DNA from: Klebsormidium nitens | Taxonomy: Eukaryota > Plantae > Klebsormidiophyceae | Assembly: GCA_000708835.1 (NCBI GenBank) | Contig: DF237038.1 | Coordinates: forward strand, 152,749 to 216,748 | Direction of reading: 5' to 3' | Length of the DNA: 64,000 nt | The notes under the pieces: model-generated | What the model saw: the letters and a program-made list of their open reading frames with translations, nothing else | Told to the model about the DNA's origin: nothing | Database searches by the model: none | Translations under genes and position numbers: made by a program | Part shown: positions 62,732-64,000 of the stretch, piece by piece | How the letters are laid out: the number at the start of each line of letters is the position of its first letter | Numbering within the stretch: position 1 is the stretch's first letter

Positions 62732-64000
62732 TAATCTTGACCACAGGGGAGATTTTAAGTCGGAATCTGGTGTCCATGTCGGCAGCGGAACAACGGAAAT
62801 CCAATCAATTTCTGGAGTATTTTAGCATTTATTAATTGCATAAATAAAGTTTGGCAGTGGAAACGGAACGTACGATCGGCAGACTGACCGACCGCCGGAC
62901 TGTGACTATGGTGGGGTTGGTGGGGGGTTAGGGTGGGGGTCGGGGTGAGCCATGGCGGGACAACTTAGGGTTAGGGTGTCGTCACCTTCCCTTAGGTTTT
63001 TAGTTTGTTGTCAACGTCCCTGTGACTTGGTGGGGAAAGCTTGGTGGTTAGGGTGGGTTTGGGTAGGTCCTGGCGGGACGACTTAGGGTTAAGAGACCAT
63101 GAACCCTATGGTTTGAAGTAAGCGGTCTAGCGGTCGGTCGGTCCGGCTGGTCCGGCCGGGGTGGGCCACCCGCCGGGACCCGCAGTAGCGCGGTACGTAC
63201 CGATACTGGTACGTTGAATCTGGAAAAACTTCCCGGACCGACCGACCGGCGGACCGAGCCAATCGCGGTCCGGCAGTCGGTCGGTCCGCCTGGTCCGACT
63301 AATCTTGACCACCTGGGGGAGATTTTAAGTCGGAATCCGGTGTCCTTGTCGGCAGCGGAACAACGGAAATCCAATCAATTTCTGGAGTATTTTAGCATTT
63401 ATTAATTGCATAAATAAAGTTTGGCAGTGGAAACGGAACGTACGATCGGCAGACTGACCGACCGCCGGACTGTGACTATGGTGGGGTTGGTGGGAGGTTA
63501 GGGTGGGGGTCGGGGTGAGCCATGGCGGGACAGTGACTTAGGTTTAGGGTGTCGTCACCTTCCCTTAAGTTTTTAGTTTGTTGTCAACGTCCCAGTGACT
63601 TGGTGGGGAAAGCTTGGTGGTTAGGGTGGGTTTGGGTAGGTCCTCAGTGGCGGGACGACTTAGGGTTAAGAGACCATGAACCCTGTGGTTTGAAGTTAGC
63701 GGTCTAGCGGTCGGTCGGTCCGGCTGGTCCGGCCCGGCGGGGTGGGCCACCCGCCGGGACCCGCAGTAGCGCGGTACGTACCGATACTGGTAGGTTGAAT
63801 CTGGAAAAACTTCCCGGACCGACCGTCCGCCTGGTCCGACTACCTGGAGGAATCAAGGGTGCGGTCCCGGGCGGTCGGTCGGTCCGCCTGGTCCGGCTAC
63901 CAGGAGGAACCAAGGGTTGCGGTCCGGCGGTCGGTCGGTCCGCCTGGTCCGGCGGTCGGTCTGTCCGCCTGGTCCGGCAGCAGTGTCAGTCCTTCCGATC
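62732..64000. repeat. ~568-bp tandem satellite (2 units) with TTAGGG motifs and G-runs, followed by short GGTCGGTCCGCCTGGTCCG repeats
   Basis: The unit start TAATCTTGACCAC... occurs at 62732 and 63300 and the units are highly similar. TTAGGG at 62928, 62965, 62971, 63048 and 63083 in unit 1. The repeat runs off the window edge. Confidence 0.9.

Overview
Eukaryotic nuclear DNA: intron-rich (GT-AG) with plant-type housekeeping genes. A streptophyte alga such as Klebsormidium is my inference, not a match. I assembled 10 gene models by hand from splice sites, and all exon sums close in frame (S1FA lacks its first exon): GH47 alpha-mannosidase (MNS3-like), hnRNP F/H-like RRM protein, RPN11, TOM9/TOM22, gamma-glutamyl hydrolase, a PARP14/15-like mono-ADP-ribosyltransferase, S1FA, NDOR1/ATR3, a DUF1350 protein and a serine acetyltransferase. 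An 11th gene is an intronless LRR multi-pass membrane protein. There are also three MITEs with clear ends, intronic minisatellites and a TTAGGG-rich ~568-bp satellite at the right edge. Most striking: (1) the serine acetyltransferase splices in frame into a C-terminal EF-hand pair instead of the usual Ile-ending tail; (2) four genes carry decaying tandem copies of their own splice junctions, mostly spaced ~150-180 bp; (3) an animal-like mono-ART with a predicted membrane anchor and KH-like domain lies near an unusual kinase-less LRR multi-TM receptor. Family assignments come from recalled motifs; no database search was run.
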